Shown here in pieces: positions 23,007 through 33,503 of a stretch of 64,000 nucleotides of DNA. The stretch comes from Yuukianura sp. NJ FZ-2021 (taxonomy: Eukaryota). The notes below the pieces were generated by a model. It did no database searches and was not told the DNA's origin. It saw only the letters and a program-made list of their open reading frames with translations. Position 1 is the first letter of the stretch. Each line of letters begins with the position of its first letter. Both the position numbers and the translations under genes were made by a program. The stretch lies in contig CM102284.1 of assembly GCA_046563655.1 (NCBI GenBank), forward strand, positions 1,364,001 through 1,428,000. The letters run 5' to 3'.

Positions 23007-26000
23007 TTACATGCACATGAAGTTACCGCAGAGATTTTCGCAGCACGATTTACTGCCAGTACAAGCCAAGGCCGGATCGTTGTTGCAGCTGCTCGATTCT
23101 TTCGGTTGCGGAGAACACATATACGGTTGGTTGCCGAGGCTGCATTTGCGAGCACCTTCGATAAAATTTTGTGAAAAAACGTTTTCAAAGAAGGGATTCG
23201 ATTATCGGCGTGTTTTGGGCCCCGGCAAAAGTGGGTGTATTTGAAATGACGACATGATGAAATTTTCAGGATAGCTAGATGAAACCCTTTAGAAAACTGT
23301 GTGAAATTTTCAAAATGACGTCATTTCAAATACTGGTCCAACTTGGGGTCCAACTCCGGCAACTTTTTGCGGATTTGAAGCTCAAAAAATTGCAAAAATA
23401 GGGAAAATGCTTCGGCAACCGTGTTCTTGGGCGATGTTTGCAGTAAGAGTTAACAGTTTCGCAACGAAAAAACGCAAAAGTTTGGAGTTGTACAGTAAGC
23501 AAAACCCAATTGCGGGAATTGTGCAGGAAAAAGGCAAAAGTGGAATTTGTGCAGCACGAAAAACGCAAAAGTGGAATTTGTGCAGCACAAAAAAACGAAA
23601 AAGTGGAATTTGTGCAGCACAAAAACCGAAAGGTGGACGATTGTGCATCTTTTTTTTTTTTTTTTCAATTTGAATTTTTATTTCACAGTCACCTGCCAAA
23701 GGCAGGTTGAGAAAAGAAGTAGGATTTAAATTAGATTATAATATGAATAATTCGTAAAGATCTTTTCCTGAGGGTAAGGTTCCCAAGATTGAGCAGGAGT
23801 TTCCGCGTTGAACAGCTAGGCTTATTCGTTGTAGGAAGAAGGTCGTGGCTCGTTTATCTCCAGATGTTTCTGACAGCCGATGTCCGATTTGTTTTAGTAG
23901 ACGAAGACCTTCGGATCCGAATACACCTGATGTCTCGACGGCAATGATGGATACCACGAAGCGAGATTCTAGGTCACGATAGAGATGATGTTTGTGTGTC
24001 TCTGCTAATTCGGCTGCATGACCATAGCGGGAAGACGATGTCGAAAGGTAGGAATTTGCATAAGTGTCACGGCAGGTAAAGTCCCAGCAGAGGCAGCGTC
24101 CTGAGCTCCAAGGAATGAGAGTAACACCATCTGGTCGTTTGCCATCGGATCTGCTGCAGCCGACAGGTTCTTTAATTGAAGGAAATCCAGCGGTTTGTAA
24201 TGCTCTGAAGATTATGTCGTTGACTGAGTTGTGACGCGAGTGTCTTCCGGCGCTACGCTTACAGCTTAAACCGTGGAGACCGTTACTTGACACCGGAGCA
24301 CCGCACGAGCAGATATGAGGTTGGCATATATCAGTTCCTAGGCGAAGAGCACAAGAAATCCTAAAAGATTCGTCCGAAAGTAGAGTTCCAAGTTGTCCGG
24401 AGGGAATTGCGTGTAACCAATCTCCAGAATGTGGTGCAGCGGCAGCCAGTAGTCTTGCTTTGTCGATAAGGGTTGAAGAGTTCTGAACTAGGGAAGAAGA
24501 AATTTGCTTAAAGACTTGAATTTCCCAGAGGTTTTGAGATTTTTTGTCCTGTGGAATAACGAAGCCCAATTGAGACCAGTTGAACAAAGCCAAATCCATT
24601 GAATTGTCGAAGGGTGACAGGGAAGACGGCAGAAATGTAGAAATTAGCTCCGCACAACTATGGACTGATGCCAAAAACGAAAATGTAGCGCAGTCCTTAG
24701 CGTGGCGAACTCCTAATCCGCCCAAATTCACCGGAAGACTTGACTGAGACCAAGCGTCTGAAGACAAAGTAGAGTTGAGAATTGATTCCATCACTGCACG
24801 TAGCGCACAGTCGTATGCTTCGAGAAGATCGGTTTCCAAAAATGAAGGAGCACATCGGAGGAAATATAGAAGTCTTGGGGTGGAAATTGAAGCTCGAAGC
24901 AGGTAGAACGCGATGTGGGCTGGTAATTCCGACAACTTGGATGAGAGTGACTTGAAGTACTCTGTTTTGCATTTGAGAATCCGACGAGTCGATTCTTTGA
25001 AAAGAGGCGCTCCTAGAAGTTCAGCTTGGTCAGATTCAGGAAAGATGATGTCTGGAGAAATAGATTGGAATGATTGGACGATTGATCTGGATTCATCTGC
25101 GTCTGCGTTTAGGATGATGACTTCACATTTCCTTAGGTTGAGTTCTAGTCCAAACGAAGAGGCTTCTCTTTGGATGTACTTTAGATTTTCTAGAACGACA
25201 TCCGGAGTATCGGCAATCGTTGCGTCGTCCAAATACCAGATGTTGAAATCAGTGGTTAAAGTAGAGGCCAGCTGGTGGATTGTTAAAGCGAAAAGAGCAG
25301 GACCAAGGGGATCCCCCTGCTGCACTCCTAGTTTCGATTTGATGCAAGCAGAGTCGTAGTAGAGATCTGAGTCGTGCGAATAAGCTTCAGAGACGAATTT
25401 GTAGAAGTCTGGAAGTATGGTCTTCACAATGTCCAGCATACGGTCTCTTCTAATTAAGTTGAAGGCATTGCGAAAGTCCATCTTGAGTAGAACCTTGGCA
25501 GAACCATGGTTGGCATTACAGAAGATTCTGGCAGCGTGGGCGACGGCTTCAGCACCATTCTTGATTCCAACGCCAACTTGGATCGGGCTTAAGGTTGAAG
25601 TAATGACATTCAACGAGTGAGATAGGATAAGTTTAGACACGAGGCGTCTCCAAGTAAGGCCGATTGCGATAGGACGAATGCCTCCTTTCTTCTTTTGGAT
25701 TGCTAATAGAGTTGCACCAAAAAAAATTCGTCTCACTTCATCGGGAAGAGAACCATTTGCAATGAAGTTACACAATCCAGAAACTGATGCTAGAAGAGCT
25801 GCTCCTTCATCGCCTGAGGACTTTGAAGTTAGTTCCTTTAGAATCTGTGGACGAAAAGAGTCCAGGCCTCCGGCGGATCCATTTGGGAATGACGAGATGG
25901 CTTTGATGACGTGACAGTTTTCAAAGATAACCTCAGATCTCGGAGGTGCGGCAGGAAACGAGGTTGGTAGTGGATGATCGGGATGCAATTGGTGGAGAAT

Positions 26001-27757
26001 GTTCAAAGTATCAGAGTCTTTGGAGGCTATGCAATCTTCGGAGACCAGGATTCGAACTGCACCGCGTATATCCCCGTCGGCTAGTTTAGATTGAATGACC
26101 TTTGAGGAGTTACAGTGATGTGAGGACGGATGATGGCCACGAGAGAATTGCTTGAATTGATGATGGGAGATGTTTGCAGGCGCCTCAGAAGTGATACGGC
26201 TAGCGTTTGTCTTCACCCATTTGGTTAGATTTGTGACAGCATCGTCTTTTGACGGGATGGGAAAAACTTGGTAGGGGAAGTAGAATAACTTTGCCCAAGA
26301 ATCTGTAGAGTTGTGCTCGATTGCTTGGTCGATGATGGTGGACAGGGCAGAGGCGGTCGTTCTTCTTGCTCCTTTTGGAATGTGTTTGAGTGTGGACGTA
26401 GATTTTCTTAAGTCAGCAAGCTTTAGCCCAAGAGAAGTTGTAGAGATATCCTCATTGGAAGGAGCGGACCAAGTGATGTCGAAGTAAGATTGTTGAGAAT
26501 GTTTGCGTCCGCCGGCTCGTGTTTTGGTAATGTTTGGAAAAGCTTTTAATAGTTTCAATCCAATTGTCGCGTCGGCTAAAGGTTTGATCTTCACATCAGA
26601 GCAAAAAGAATGGTATTTATCTTTTAGATCTTGTTTCTTGATCAAAGCTCCAGAAGCCTCCTGAATGTTGTTCTTGATCCAGTCGTCAGTTAGTTTAGAA
26701 ATTTGTGATTTTCTTAAGCACCCAGTGGATGACGTAGTAGATGACGATGATGTAGTTGATGAACCACTGAACTCCAATCCGCAGTCATCGGATGATGACC
26801 CGATTCCGGGGTTCTCCGTGGTTGTGTCCAGGGTGTTATCATAAATCAAATTGATCGTTGAATTTTCTGGAAAATTGAGTTGGATGTTTGTTTCACAACT
26901 TCCGAGGTATCTCATCTGTCGTTCAGTTGCCATGAAGAGCAGAAAAGGTTGTCTAAATCCGTGAATTTTCAAGATTTAAAGTTGAATTTGATAATTTGTT
27001 GACAAGGTAACGCTTAGCAGCACAAGTAGTTGTTTGTTTGAAAACGTCCTTCGAGTTGTCCAGAGATGAGAGACGACTTGGACGATGAAGATGGCCGGGT
27101 TGACGGATATCCGGAGACAAAATGACCAAACAAGTATGTCAAAAGATGCGCGAGAGATTGAGGAACAGTTTGATAATTGTGCATCTTGAAAACTGAATAG
27201 TTTGAAATTGTACAACATCAAAAACCGACAAGTTTGAAATTGTACAATATAAAAAACACAAAAGTAAGCAAGTGCACCATTCACAAATTGCAAAATTTGA
27301 AATTGTGCATTTCAAAAACTGAAAACCTGTGAAATGGTTCAGTCCTCCACACAAAAGTTTAAGTGTACAACTTAAAAAACCCGAAAAGTGGAACATGTGC
27401 AGTGTGAAAACCCGAAAGGTGGTACATGTGCACTTTAAAAACCCGAAAAGTGGAATTTGTGCAATGTAAAAACCTGAAAAGTGGATTTTGTGCACTATAA
27501 AACCCAGGTGGTAATTGTGCAATTCAAAAGTACAATTTTGTTATCAAAGTACACATGAATCCTGGGCCCAGTAATTTACACGGCGAGAAAGCGAAATGGG
27601 CCCAAAATCAACCAATTCCCGTAGGTGTCCTTTGGAATTTTCGTAAGTTGAAATAAACTTGTCAGTTACCCGGTGTTACAGCTGCTCCTTCTACTGATTC
27701 AAATGTCAACATGACTGCTGCCAATACTGCAGTGAGAACGAACACTTTCAAATTCAT
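23007..27757 (-). CDS. Secreted single WAP/four-disulfide-core-like peptide, copy A; exons 27757-27670 and 23155-23007, 4.5-kb intron filled by insertions
   Basis: MNLKVFVLTAVLAAVMLTFESVEG + ARKCSLGNQPYMCSPQPKESSSCNNDPALACTGSKSCCENLCGNFMCM; 8 Cys with C..D...C....CC...CG...C; same phase-1 intron position as copy B. Confidence 0.8.
23476..23651. repeat. ~31-bp minisatellite, left part (~6 units, consensus aaaagtggaatttgtgcagcac-aaaaaccg)
   Basis: Directly visible tandem units; the last unit is cut by the retrotransposon poly(T). Confidence 0.9.
23652..27175 (-). mobile_element. Full-length-looking CRE-clade (RLE-type) non-LTR retrotransposon
   Basis: Poly(T) 23650-23665 (A tail), minus-strand AATAAA at 23677-23682, TSD attgtgcatct(t) at 23640-23651 and 27176-27187, single intact intronless ORF. 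Confidence 0.92.
23736..26933 (-). CDS. Retrotransposon polyprotein: RFX-type winged helix + reverse transcriptase + Cys/His knuckle + restriction-like endonuclease
   Basis: RT motifs GIRPIAIG, DFRNAFN, GVQQGDPLGP, YLDD; C-terminal CSCG..HGLSC, RH, EP, KRPDG, WDFTC; N-terminal WIKNN..KYHSFC..PL..ATIG..L...F..I.KTRAGGR..S...YF.I; first ATG at 26933. Confidence 0.93.
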   Translation of the reverse strand: MATERQMRYLGSCETNIQLNFPENSTINLIYDNTLDTTTENPGIGSSSDDCGLEFSGSSTTSSSSTTSSTGCLRKSQISKLTDDWIKNNIQEASGALIKKQDLKDKYHSFCSDVKIKPLADATIGLKLLKAFPNITKTRAGGRKHSQQSYFDITWSAPSNEDISTTSLGLKLADLRKSTSTLKHIPKGARRTTASALSTIIDQAIEHNSTDSWAKLFYFPYQVFPIPSKDDAVTNLTKWVKTNASRITSEAPANISHHQFKQFSRGHHPSSHHCNSSKVIQSKLADGDIRGAVRILVSEDCIASKDSDTLNILHQLHPDHPLPTSFPAAPPRSEVIFENCHVIKAISSFPNGSAGGLDSFRPQILKELTSKSSGDEGAALLASVSGLCNFIANGSLPDEVRRIFFGATLLAIQKKKGGIRPIAIGLTWRRLVSKLILSHSLNVITSTLSPIQVGVGIKNGAEAVAHAARIFCNANHGSAKVLLKMDFRNAFNLIRRDRMLDIVKTILPDFYKFVSEAYSHDSDLYYDSACIKSKLGVQQGDPLGPALFALTIHQLASTLTTDFNIWYLDDATIADTPDVVLENLKYIQREASSFGLELNLRKCEVIILNADADESRSIVQSFQSISPDIIFPESDQAELLGAPLFKESTRRILKCKTEYFKSLSSKLSELPAHIAFYLLRASISTPRLLYFLRCAPSFLETDLLEAYDCALRAVMESILNSTLSSDAWSQSSLPVNLGGLGVRHAKDCATFSFLASVHSCAELISTFLPSSLSPFDNSMDLALFNWSQLGFVIPQDKKSQNLWEIQVFKQISSSLVQNSSTLIDKARLLAAAAPHSGDWLHAIPSGQLGTLLSDESFRISCALRLGTDICQPHICSCGAPVSSNGLHGLSCKRSAGRHSRHNSVNDIIFRALQTAGFPSIKEPVGCSRSDGKRPDGVTLIPWSSGRCLCWDFTCRDTYANSYLSTSSSRYGHAAELAETHKHHLYRDLESRFVVSIIAVETSGVFGSEGLRLLKQIGHRLSETSGDKRATTFFLQRISLAVQRGNSCSILGTLPSGKDLYELFIL
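27176..27524. repeat. ~31-bp minisatellite, right part (~11-12 units)
   Basis: Same orientation and same tgtgca/tgtaca core as 23476-23651. Confidence 0.88.
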
Positions 27758-28238
27758 AGTCTTTTTTTAGAATACGTGAAAACAAAGATGGCTGAACTAA
27801 ACTTGTCAAGTTAACTTTGTCAAGTGGACTAAATGGCGAAGGTGCGTAAAATTCCCTAGGATAAGAAGGTTGATGAATGTTATTAACCTATTATTGTTCT
27901 AAATCACGGTTAATTAACAACTGAATTAAGTTTGAGGTTATGACCAATCTTGTTTATAAATGTTCAGGCCAATTTCAATAAGGAAGTGATGACTCGGAGG
28001 CTGGGTGGTCCGGAGATAAACAAATTGCAGAGGAACCAATCAGAGTCATCGACTTGACGCCATTAATAAATTATGCGGGAATTTTTCAAATTTTTCGAAT
28101 TTCAAACAAGGATTCAAGTCAGACAGTCACTTTATTCCACCACATAACACTTGTAAACGCGGATGTTTAGGTACGACCCATGACCGAAAAATTAAAGTTT
28201 AGTTAATCTACATCTTACTTCCGGTTTCTAATCGCTGT

Positions 28239-28550
28239 TTACATACAGTGGAAGCCATTACACGAAGTTTCGCAGCACAATTTTCCGTCGGTACAGGCCA
28301 ATGCCGGATCATTTTTGCAACTGCTCGGTTGGATCGGACGCGGACACGGGGCCGGCATCGGGGGTAGGCATCCACGCGGGCCTTCAAGAAAATTTGCATA
28401 TAAAAACGTTCAATTTTCGTCTTTTGAGTTTTATTAAATTGAAAAACTTTAAAGTTTTTAGTTACCCGGTATTCCCGCTCCTTCTACTGGCTCGAATGTC
28501 AACATCACTGCTGCCAGTACTGTAGTGATAACGAGTACTTTCAAATTCAT
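28239..28550 (-). CDS. Secreted single WAP-like peptide, copy B; exons 28550-28466 and 28381-28239
   Basis: MNLKVLVITTVLAAVMLTFEPVEG + PRGCLPPMPAPCPRPIQPSSCKNDPALACTDGKLCCETSCNGFHCM; upstream and 3' regions resemble those of copy A. Confidence 0.82.
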
Positions 28551-28995
28551 AATTTTTTCGAAGACTTGAAAAACGATGATTGACTGAACTAAGCTTGGTA
28601 ACTGTAGCTTTGTCAACTGAGGACTAAATTCCAAGGTGTATAATGCTCAAGGATAAGACTAGTTGTTCTAAATTACCGTTAACTGACAACTTAATTAATT
28701 TTGAGGTTACGCCCCCCACAACCACAAAATTATCTTCCATAGCAACATGCAACTTCATTAGCAAGGCTAGTCACAATTGAAATGGAGAGTACTGGACAGT
28801 ACCTTCCCTTAGAAATGTAGCTAACATTAGAATGCATTTATTGGTAACATTTCAAACCATTTTAAACGTTTAGATTTAGATAGAAAGTGTGAAACGCTGA
28901 ATCAGAGCGGCGTTAATATGAGCATTTTAAAATCAAAATTTTTATAAAAATTAATTTAAACGTACATAAAAGTAGGACGGAACCGCTGGACATAG

Positions 28996-31463
28996 TTAAA
29001 GCAAACTTGTATAAGAAGAATTCCAGTCCCGACTAAAGATGTCCTCCACTTGCTGTCGCACGTCGACCTCGTCACTGGTCATATTCTGCTTTGGTGACAC
29101 AATGACTCCCACTCCCGCGGTGTATATGAAGTAGTCACCTGACCAATTAGACGTGCCTAACAAAATTTACACTAGTACGTTAACTGAACCATATTTCAAC
29201 ATTAACATTCCAACTGCCAAACAACGAATGACCGTGATAGAGAACTTGCCTATATAAGCTGATCTATCGGTCACCATGTACTTGTTATGCACCAGTCTCG
29301 CAAAAGGGATCTTGGCTTGATCCGGAGTTGAAGGCACTTCAAACAGTCTCTATAAATCGAAACCACAACGTAATCATTTGGCGGGATGTTAAAAACTTTG
29401 AAAAACTACTCGGGTACACTACTGGCAGTTACAGTTAGTGTTACTAAAAAAAAGTCTGGGCAAACAAAATCTTACTATTTGAATATCGACGTGAGGATAA
29501 ACGTGATTGAGTTCTTGTAGAGATTTGAGAAAGAAAAGTTCGGCAGGATTCAAGTGTTTGTGCTTAGACATAAGCAATTTGATTTTCACTTTCCGGTCAA
29601 TCGCAGCACTCCGAAGTTTATCGTCAATGATAGGCCAATACCTAAGATAGCACCGTTAACATAATGTTAATTGGTCAAAACTAACCTAACTACTAAGAAT
29701 AAGCATTACCTGGTATGCGGTAGGTACATTATGAGCGGGAAGTACTCGTAGAGAGAAACGTGAATAAACTTTTCAGCTTTGTCTATCACATCCAGAATAG
29801 AGTCAATGTCATTAGTTCTTCCTTCTGGACAAAATGGAGGAGGAGAACTCTGTAAAAAAAAAATGAAATTTGATTATGATCAAATCAATTGATTTTAACC
29901 AATCCCAACTTATTAAGACACGGCACCTACAGCTAAATATGATTCATACGGTATCCCATTAAAGGCAATGTTCATAGGATTATTCTTTCCAAACTTCGTG
30001 TCCAAGTCAGCTGGCCATTCGCTCGGAATTTGGGAATCGTTTTGACCCAGTATCCAATATGCCTAAGACAATTCAAAGGAATCTGCACTATTCAGCTTTA
30101 ATTTTAAAGTTGACGTTTTTTGACGTTGAAGTTGACCTAATTACCTCAAATATTTTGGCGATATCTTCTGCAAAGCAAGTACAATTTTGCACAAGAAGTC
30201 CAAGCTCTTTAACCTAAGACAAAGTAAAACATCTTGTCACTTCCATAGAACTTTTTTCATCATCGAGCGTTACAATTACCTGCGTTAGCGACCTCCAATC
30301 TAAATTGGCACTGCCGATATACACATGAGTTGAGTCAACAATCCAAAACTTTGTATGAAGAATCCCCGATCCCAGCAATCGTGTAAAGTTCAGCCTACGG
30401 ATCTACAAAAAAAATGTGATAAGGGAAGTGAATATATCCTGTTTGTTAACTCATCGTCAGTTGTTAAGTACCGATGAAATAAAATATTACCTCGGCCGCT
30501 CCAGTATCCTCGAGGTCATGGGTATCATAATTAGGAAACGAATGAGTGTCAATATTTTGAGCAATTCGAATTTTGATTTTTGATTCCAGTCCAGCTTTCA
30601 TCAGACGTTTGAATATGTCTTTCCCCTTGTAAATAAATTGATTGAGTTTATATTAAAACAACAAGCTAACAATGTTTTTGAAGTTTTTGAAACAGCAGAG
30701 TTCTAATTACTTGCGCTGCAGAGGGATGGTCGACTTCTTTTCCTTGGAGACTCCAATAGAATGACCCAATGTCAATTTCCTTTTCAGCCAGGCTGAGCAA
30801 CTGGATCCAAGAATCGTATGTAGTTACGTGAGGTAGGCTGCCATTGAAAACCAATCCCTCCGGAATACTTTCTACTACCGCCATCCTGAACAAGTAAAAA
30901 TTTACCACGTGTTAATGATCAGTAGTGTTAATAGTGTTAATCATCTCGTAGTCGAATCTTGTACAATAAGTAAAATCTGCGACAGCAACTAATTTCACAT
31001 AGTAACAGTTTTACCTGCAAGATTCTTGGCATTGGAGCAACTTCTGGTTCTGCTGGACGGTTATGAGGTAGCGAGACTCTTCCTGTTGACGATCATACAG
31101 TGAAAGAGCAGTCACCAGTACAAGTATTACAATTGCAACTGCGATTGAGAGGCAGCGCCTATGCCAACCCCTAAACCAACAATTTCGTGTGTTTCGTTAA
31201 TAAAATGGCATCGACGTCAATTAAGCTAATTTATGTTCAATTCCAAGCTAATTGCCCACGCGTAACCTTACCCAGGACGTTTCTCATGGTTGTTTCTTAG
31301 AATTCGCGTTCGGTATGACTCACTCCAGTACTCATCATCACTCTCTTCTTCTTCGCATTTCCCAGCGCCTGACTATAGAAAATGACCAAGTTAAACCGAT
31401 TCATACGTTCACATGCAGATTTCAAATGAAATGCCAATTTCATAATAAGCCACTTACCACCAT
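28996..31463 (-). CDS. PLD3: Phospholipase D3/D4-family (5'-3' exonuclease) type II membrane protein, multi-exon
   Basis: TM segment, [38 protein letters not shown] and [19 protein letters not shown], terminal FSRDWNS. Confidence 0.93.
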
Positions 31464-31629
31464 TTCGTTAATCCTAACCCTGAACCCCGTGATCTTTAAC
31501 AAAAGTCGAGCTAGTTTAATTACCAGTTGACAAGGCTGAGGCTTAAAGAAAGAAGATAATTTCCAGTACCAAAGTAGGAATACGTAATTAACTAAAACTA
31601 AAAGTAACAATTCAACTTTAACTGATTAG

Positions 31630-32581
31630 CAGAGGCGCAAAACATATGTTGTTAAAACCGGTGAAATATGTATGTAAATATGTAGTAAGAATCAGTGAAA
31701 TATTTACTAAAATATTTTTTATTTTACGATAAATTTAGCTATATGTTAAAAATTACTACACAACATTAGTTGGGATTGAGTATTACAGAACACCTATTCC
31801 GGAAAAATTTTGATTTAGTGTATACTATTTTTCAGAATTATATTAAAAAAAAATTGGCCGGAAATAAAAAGAAACCGAGTTCAAATAAAAAACAAAAAAA
31901 TTTGCACAAAAATCGGTTGTTAAAATCGTATAATTAATCAGTGACTATGTTGTGACTATGTTGTGGCTATATTGTGACTATGTTGTGGCTATGTTGTGGC
32001 TATGTTGTGGCGATGTTGTGATTATATTGTGGCTATGTTGTGGCTATGTTGTGGCTATGTTGTGATTATGTTGTGGCTATGTTGTGACTATGTTGTGGCT
32101 ATGTTGTGGCTATGTTGTGATTATGTTGTGGCTATGTTGTGATTATGTTGTGGCTATGTTGTGGCTATGTTGTGATTATGTTGTGGCTATGTTGTGATTA
32201 TGTTGTGGCTATGTTGTGATTATGTTGTGGCTATGTTGTGATTATGTTGTGGCTATGTTGTGGCTATGTTGCGGCTATGTTGCGATTATGTTGTGATTAT
32301 GTTGTGGCTATGTTGTGGCTATGTTGTGGCTATGTTGTGGCTATGTTGTGAAAATTATTTAAATTATTTTTGAAAATTATATTAAAAAAATTAATCCCAA
32401 CACTACGCGAACCCTTGATAAACGATTTGTGCATGACAAACAGTATAAAATTTGCAAAAATGCCAAATTTTTGCAAAATCTTAGAATATTTTGTTAAATA
32501 TTTTTCATATTTTTTTTCAAGAAATATTTTTTTAAAATATAAAAATATGTAATATGTAAGAAAATATGTTTTGCGCCTCTG
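31630..32581. mobile_element. hAT-type MITE carrying a minisatellite
   Basis: Perfect 18-bp TIR cagaggcgcaaaacatat; exact 8-bp TSD ctgattag (31622-31629, 32582-32589). Confidence 0.93.
31942..32350. repeat. 11-bp minisatellite tatgttgtg(gc/at/ac), about 37 copies
   Basis: Directly visible tandem array. Confidence 0.97.
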
Positions 32582-33503
32582 CTGATTAGGTAAACTCGAT
32601 TGAGCTTCTCACATCTCACAACTTTATACTTGTTGTTGTTGAAGTAAGGTTCATGATGCCTCGATGTACCCCCACGGCATACCATTACAACATATAACAT
32701 ATTGTACCCCACATATCGCCAAATCCACCGATTCCAATGTATAATTGTATCTGCGCCTGGGGGATGGGGTTACATGCGTTAGTATTGCTGGATATCTACT
32801 TTTTTTGACATATCGTCTACTGGATATCTTGTGCATTACATTTTATTCGGTTTTATCCGGAAGACATGGCTGAATAAAATAGACATAAATGGATACTTCC
32901 GGATAATTCCACCTAATTTGATGTAGTAGGCTGGAGAAATATTTTATCCATCTGACAACGACAACACCAGGTAGATATAAACCTAACCTCTCATAACTTC
33001 TCACGTACTTCTTGGTGTGCAATTAGCAACCATAAACCTTATGTCAACCAATTGTTTATGTTTTGCAGCTTTTTTAGTCTCAGAGAAAAAGCCAGATAAC
33101 TCAGATAAGTCAGACAGGTAGCCAATGTCGCCTTGTCATCCCATGACGACCCCGTTCAAGTAATAATATATCGTTGGAACGGGCATTGCCTCCCGATTCA
33201 GAAAATGTACATTATTGCTGCTTATTAAGTAGCAACACGAATCCTGTAATATTTCAAACCCAATATGTCAAAATATCAATATCAACTAAATAATATCTAC
33301 AATTTACAAACATCAATAAAAATTTGTGCAAGCCCACAATCAAAGAAGCGGAACTAACTACAAATTGTCGACTATACATTTTAGCAGTAGGTATACAGTT
33401 TATAGTTTAGTACATAGTTCGGTTTGTCATATTCACTTTGGGAACGTTCTCGACAGCGGGAGTAACTTCTATTTTGAAGTCTAACAACGCTGGAAACTTA
33501 ATT

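Larger units (their letters stand above)
23193..27620. mobile_element. Non-autonomous DNA element with imperfect inverted ends and a central tandem array (MITE- or HINE/DINE-like), host of the retrotransposon
   Basis: Ends gggatt..gtgttttgggccc and gggcccaaaatcac..aattccc; internal inverted repeat tatttgaaatgacg/cgtcatttcaaata; the whole block is missing from the 84-bp intron of WAP copy B. Confidence 0.6.

Noticed and set aside
23326-23729. Several overlapping ORFs on both strands
   Set aside because: They are translations of the minisatellite and the poly(T) tract.
26934-27175. HDV-like ribozyme or separate ORF1 in the retroelement 5' UTR
   Set aside because: No convincing nested pseudoknot by eye; the short upstream ORF starts inside the TSD and has no recognisable motif.
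23476-27524. RT flanked by repeat arrays as a CRISPR-, retron- or DGR-like system
   Set aside because: Units are contiguous degenerate tandem repeats without unique spacers, there are no cas genes, the context is eukaryotic, and the TSD plus poly(A) show a simple insertion splitting one array.
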